DNA of 41,362 nucleotides from a virus: IMG/VR virus record IMGVR_UViG_3300045988_035261, positions 1 to 41,362 of that record; one strand, 5' to 3'. Shown piece by piece: positions 40,261 to 41,362 of this stretch (position 1 is its first letter; each line of letters starts with the position of its first letter). The notes under the pieces were generated by a model. It saw only the letters and a program-made list of their open reading frames with translations, ran no database searches and was not told where the DNA came from. The position numbers and the translations under genes were made by a program.

Positions 40261-40322
40261 AGTAGAGATATAAGACATACTCTCTACTAGCACGCTTATG
40301 GCTTTGGTCGGTCTAGCGTGCT
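40261..40322. terminator. Two back-to-back hairpins separating the immediate-early genes from the recombination module
   Basis: agtagaga-N12-tctctact (40261-40288) and agcacgct-N18-agcgtgct (40289-40322). On the minus strand the second-transcribed hairpin is followed by TGTATTTT. On the plus strand the other hairpin is followed by TTTTTCTTTTTC. Confidence 0.4.
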
Positions 40323-40510
40323 TTTTCTTTTTCTAATCTTTTTTGAAGTGCTTTTGATACTTTTTCTGCGCAATGATCTCTGTCATGCTTAAAAGCATTG
40401 GAAATAAAATTCTTTGCACTCCTTATTGTTTCTTCTGTTAAAACCTCATCATGTTCTAATGCATATACATGAGAATCTGCATTCTTGTGCCAATATTCAT
40501 ACATATTCAT
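40313..40510 (-). CDS. Hypothetical protein (65 aa; start MNMYEYW)
   Basis: ATGA overlap with the upstream stop. RBS GGAGAG. Confidence 0.5.
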   Translation of the reverse strand: MNMYEYWHKNADSHVYALEHDEVLTEETIRSAKNFISNAFKHDRDHCAEKVSKALQKRLEKEKAR

Positions 40511-40797
40511 ACTTTTCTCTCCATTTCTCGGCAAACCAAGATAATGCTTGGTACCGCACAATTATTCCAAATATCGGATACTCTGAAATCAATTTCTTGA
40601 TAATCAAAGGCACGATATTGGATTGGTAAGCGTGCATTTTCTTTATTTATTTGTACTGTTACCGCTGCACGCAAGCGGTCGAATAATTTAGTTTTTAATT
40701 TTTTTGGCAATTGTTTTGGTGTATACCAAAATCCAAGTGCACACGCTTTGTCAGGGTTGATTTGTTTTCGTCCGTTTACAGTTCTAATCAGCATCAT
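40507..40797 (-). CDS. Hypothetical basic protein (96 aa)
   Basis: RBS AAAGGAG. No motif was recognised. Confidence 0.55.
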   Translation of the reverse strand: MMLIRTVNGRKQINPDKACALGFWYTPKQLPKKLKTKLFDRLRAAVTVQINKENARLPIQYRAFDYQEIDFRVSDIWNNCAVPSIILVCREMERKV

Positions 40798-40972
40798 TTT
40801 TTATCTCCTTTCTGACTTCCCTCATCCAGAAATTTGAAAGGATGAGTAATGTTATCCCTAATGAGACTTGTAAGAACCCTGTCCATGCATCTATTAGGTC
40901 ATGTTCTATCGAATTGATAGAGCCACCCATAAAGAATATGGCAATTGCTCTTGTCAGATAAATAAATTTCAT
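40784..40972 (-). CDS. Small two-TM membrane protein (62 aa)
   Basis: ATGA overlap with the upstream stop, RBS GGAG. Hydrophobic segments AIAIFFMGG and LGITLLILSNFW. Confidence 0.5.
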   Translation of the reverse strand: MKFIYLTRAIAIFFMGGSINSIEHDLIDAWTGFLQVSLGITLLILSNFWMREVRKEIKNDAD

Positions 40973-41169
40973 TGTACGCTCCAATATGCTATTTCATGAT
41001 TGCAATTCCTAATTTCTCTAATTGCAACCGCCACTCTTCTTTTTGCTATCACTTTATAGCAAGGGTGGTCTGTTCTAAATGTATGTCTTTTGTGAAATAC
41101 ATTGTTTAATCTTTCTTTTAGCATTACCAATTCACTTTTTAATTGATTTACTTTCCACTCAAATCTCAT
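40969..41169 (-). CDS. Hypothetical protein (66 aa)
   Basis: ATGA overlap with the stop of the junction-spanning HTH ORF. Confidence 0.5.
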   Translation of the reverse strand: MRFEWKVNQLKSELVMLKERLNNVFHKRHTFRTDHPCYKVIAKRRVAVAIREIRNCNHEIAYWSVQ

Positions 41170-41362
41170 AATTCTTCTCCTACTATCACTAGCATTTGGC
41201 TGGTGATTTTTTTTATGCTATTTTTTAAGTTTTGATTTTCTGCTTTTAACCGCTCAACCTCACATTTCATTTTCCTAAATGCTATCGGTGTATACTCATC
41301 ATCAATACCTACAAGGCTTTCAACTTCCTTTTTGCTGAACCTAACTCCAGCTACTCCTTTTA
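41166..41362 (-). CDS. Excisionase-like HTH protein, C-terminal coiled-coil part (continuation of 1-155; 41308-41362 duplicates 1-55)
   Basis: Reading 41307 down to 41166 gives ...IDDEYTPIAFRKMKCEVERLKAENQNLKNSIKKITSQMLVIVGEEL, with the TGA stop at 41166-41168. Confidence 0.7.
   Translation of the reverse strand, partial: KGVAGVRFSKKEVESLVGIDDEYTPIAFRKMKCEVERLKAENQNLKNSIKKITSQMLVIVGEEL
41308..41362. repeat. Terminal exact direct repeat, copy 2 (identical to 1-55)
   Basis: 55/55 identity with the window start. Confidence 0.95.

Larger units (their letters stand above)
1..41362. mobile_element. Complete temperate phage genome (about 41,307 bp unique), podovirus-like with T7-type structural gene order
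   Basis: Contains integrase, a repressor/Cro switch, terminase, portal, capsid, tail and lysis modules. An exact 55-bp overlap of the two window ends closes the circle and restores an ORF. Confidence 0.85.

Overview
The window is a complete, circularly closed temperate phage genome. Positions 1-55 are identical to 41308-41362, leaving about 41,307 bp of unique sequence, and a 98-aa HTH ORF is reconstituted across that junction. The genome is low-GC with strong Shine-Dalgarno sites, so the host is probably a Firmicute.

Layout:
- Plus strand: only the lysogeny cassette (773-2986), holding an XRE repressor, a TM protein, a mini ImmA-like HExxH protein and a tyrosine integrase, followed by an attP-like AT-rich region.
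- Minus strand, early operon (612 down across the junction to about 30277): Cro-like, excisionase-like HTH, DUF1351-like, Rad52-type annealase, NinB-like, HNH, replisome organizer with an internal ori-like repeat block, G39P-like loader, SSB, acidic small proteins, two orphan DNA methyltransferases, PD-(D/E)xK resolvase-like, dUTPase and a sigma/RinA-like late regulator.
- A structured non-coding region of about 400 bp (29873-30276), then the late operon.
- Minus strand, late operon: TerS, TerL, T7-type portal, scaffold, capsid, then proteins matching T7 gp11-gp17 in order and size, then a 4-gene lysis cassette and a small moron-like ORF with a strong terminator.

The most unusual element is the 2,727-aa ORF (8448-16631) in the T7 gp16 (internal core/ejection protein) position. 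It carries glycine-zipper membrane segments, a PARP/DUF3990-like H-G-S...G-x-G-L-Y-F ADP-ribosyltransferase signature split by an AT-rich insert, and an HEMGH metallopeptidase module. That makes it a candidate injected polyvalent effector.

All functional calls come from motif recognition by eye. No database searches were run.
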